Position numbers and translations under genes: made by a program. The notes under the pieces were generated by a model that searched no databases, was not told the DNA's origin, and was given only the letters and a program-made list of their open reading frames with translations. Positions 25,714 through 27,037 of a stretch of DNA of 27,037 nucleotides are shown one piece after another. Source of the stretch: a bacterium. Lineage in GTDB: Bacteria; Sysuimicrobiota; Sysuimicrobiia; Sysuimicrobiales; Humicultoraceae. How positions within the stretch are numbered: position 1 is the stretch's first letter; each line of letters begins with the position of its first letter. Where the stretch lies: the NCBI GenBank assembly GCA_041497675.1, contig JBGQGY010000039.1, positions 1 to 27,037 of the forward strand, in the 5' to 3' direction.

Positions 25714-26867
25714 GAGGCCGATCGATCTGGCCGCGAGTGGTCGTGTGGTCGCTGAGTGTCGCCCTGGGTTTGGGGCTGTGTGCGGGCTCGTCGACGGCGC
25801 AGATCAACGTCGCGATGATCGAGCAGGGAATAGCCCGCACGGTCATGCTTGGGCTCCTGAGACGTGACGAAAAGGGATCGTACAGGGAGTTTTCGAGTTG
25901 CTCCGGCTCGTTTGTCACGCCGAAGAGCTTGATTCTCACCGCTTCGCACTGTGTCCGGGCCAACGAAGATATCCAAAAGTTCGGGATCAAGAAGGGGCAG
26001 CTCTACAATCCTGAGGGCTTTTCACTCGTATACATCAACGTCCCAAACCAGGTCAAGCCTGTGCTCTTCCTGTGGGCGAAGTTTGTGGCGGACCAAGTAG
26101 ACCTAGACGTCGCCCTCATACGTGCGGAAACGGTGATTGGGTCTGGGGGAATGCAGGCGCTGCCTCCGGATTTCAACGTGCCGTATGTCCCGATCGGCGA
26201 CTCTGACACGGTGCGGATCGGCGAACCGGTGGTGTTGATGGGGTACCCTAGCGTCGGGGGCGACACGATCACCGTCACGCGCGGCTACGTCACCGGCTTC
26301 ACTGTTGACTCACAGGGACGGAAGTTCGAGATGAAAACCGACCTCGGTGCGCCGGGATTCAGCGGCGGGCCGGTCATCAACGAACGCAGCGAACAGGTCG
26401 CGGTGCACCAGAGCTCCCAGGTCGAGCCGGATCGAGCCGCGCGGTCTGGCCGCGCGACGCTGAGCAGGCGGCTACCGGCCGAGTGGGCCCAGTATCTGAA
26501 AGACGGAACGTCGACCGCGCAGCCGGTATCCCCCGCGGGGGCGGCGAGTGTCATCCTCCAGGGGCGCGTCGTCGACGGCGCGACCGGAGCCGGGATCCCC
26601 GGAGCCGGCGTGTGGGTGCTTGCCCCCGGTTCGTCGCTAGAGGACCCGACCAGCAAACAGGTCGTCGCGAGCGCCCTCACCGACGGCAATGGCGTCTTTC
26701 AGGCGAAACCGCCGGTTCTTCGAGGATCGTCCTACCCGGTTATTGTGCTCGCCACCGGGTATGGCCGGGTCGCCGGCTACGTAGAGATTCCCGCCCGGGG
26801 TCCGCAGACCGCGCCCGGCAGTTCGGAGGTGGCCATCGTCGGGACGATCACGCTTCAGCGGCAGTAG
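25710..26867 (+). CDS. Exported trypsin-like (S1) serine protease with a C-terminal carboxypeptidase-regulatory-like beta-sandwich
   Basis: GTGA coupling; signal peptide; CSGSFV, ILTASHCV (His), DLDVAL (Asp), IGDSD, GYP, PGFSGGP (Ser); tail ILQGRVVDGATGAGIPGA...TDGNGVF. Confidence 0.9.
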   Translation: MRGRSIWPRVVVWSLSVALGLGLCAGSSTAQINVAMIEQGIARTVMLGLLRRDEKGSYREFSSCSGSFVTPKSLILTASHCVRANEDIQKFGIKKGQLYNPEGFSLVYINVPNQVKPVLFLWAKFVADQVDLDVALIRAETVIGSGGMQALPPDFNVPYVPIGDSDTVRIGEPVVLMGYPSVGGDTITVTRGYVTGFTVDSQGRKFEMKTDLGAPGFSGGPVINERSEQVAVHQSSQVEPDRAARSGRATLSRRLPAEWAQYLKDGTSTAQPVSPAGAASVILQGRVVDGATGAGIPGAGVWVLAPGSSLEDPTSKQVVASALTDGNGVFQAKPPVLRGSSYPVIVLATGYGRVAGYVEIPARGPQTAPGSSEVAIVGTITLQRQ

Positions 26868-26900
26868 GCACGCGCAATTCATCGACGAGGAGGTGCGTTC

Positions 26901-27037
26901 ATGAACACACCACCAAGGTGGCTGGCCGGTGCGGTCCTGTTGCTGTTCGTGCTGGCGACTGTGGCAGCGCCCGCCCACGCCCAGTTTCCCTTCCAGCCCG
27001 CACCGCAACCTGCGCCGCAACCCGCTCCACAACCCGC
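26901..27037 (+). CDS. Exported Pro-rich protein, N-terminal part (runs off the window)
   Basis: Not in the ORF track. GAGGAGGT RBS, ATG 26901, MNTPPRWLAGAVLLLFVLATVAAPAHA-QFPFQPAPQPAPQPAPQP (AxA signal peptidase site, then QPAP repeats). Confidence 0.85.
   Translation, partial: MNTPPRWLAGAVLLLFVLATVAAPAHAQFPFQPAPQPAPQPAPQP

Noticed and set aside
19641..27037. Horizontally acquired island (codon usage looks slightly less GC-biased by eye)
   Set aside because: Not quantified, and there is no integrase, tRNA or flanking repeat. A GC3/codon-usage calculation and best-hit taxonomy would be needed.

Overview
High-GC bacterial chromosomal window. Gene content and style suggest a Terrabacteria lineage such as Armatimonadota/CSP1-3 or Chloroflexota; this is inference only. 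The left ~16 kb is mostly housekeeping and transport: a partial sugar-binding protein (missed by the ORF track), YkuK RNase H-like protein, acyl-CoA synthetase, serS with a class V aminotransferase, a KimA-like K+ transporter, two family-5 (peptide-type) substrate-binding proteins, a PAP2 phosphatase, an archease without rtcB, DppB/DppC permeases without ATPases, a serine hydrolase and selD. selD is a selenoprotein: an in-frame TGA sits in a C-A-G-U-A-S-K motif and the start is probably CTG, so the ORF track truncates it. The right ~11 kb (16078 to the end) is the most interesting part. A SARP/BTAD-STAND ATPase-TPR activator is followed by an 11-bp-phased GGAACG direct repeat and a tightly packed operon. 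The operon encodes three PrsW-family intramembrane protease paralogs (one intact, one partly degenerate, one apparently catalytically dead), each followed by a membrane-anchored partner protein (Pro-rich and/or PsbP-like), plus a 71-aa protein, a PDZ-less trypsin-like protease and another Pro-rich exported protein running off the window. No sigma/anti-sigma pair is visible. Three intergenic regions also share a CAGGG-N17/18-GAA(T/G)GCTC motif resembling a sigma-H-type promoter. No rRNA, tRNA, CRISPR array or mobile element was seen. All family calls come from motif recognition by eye, without database searches.
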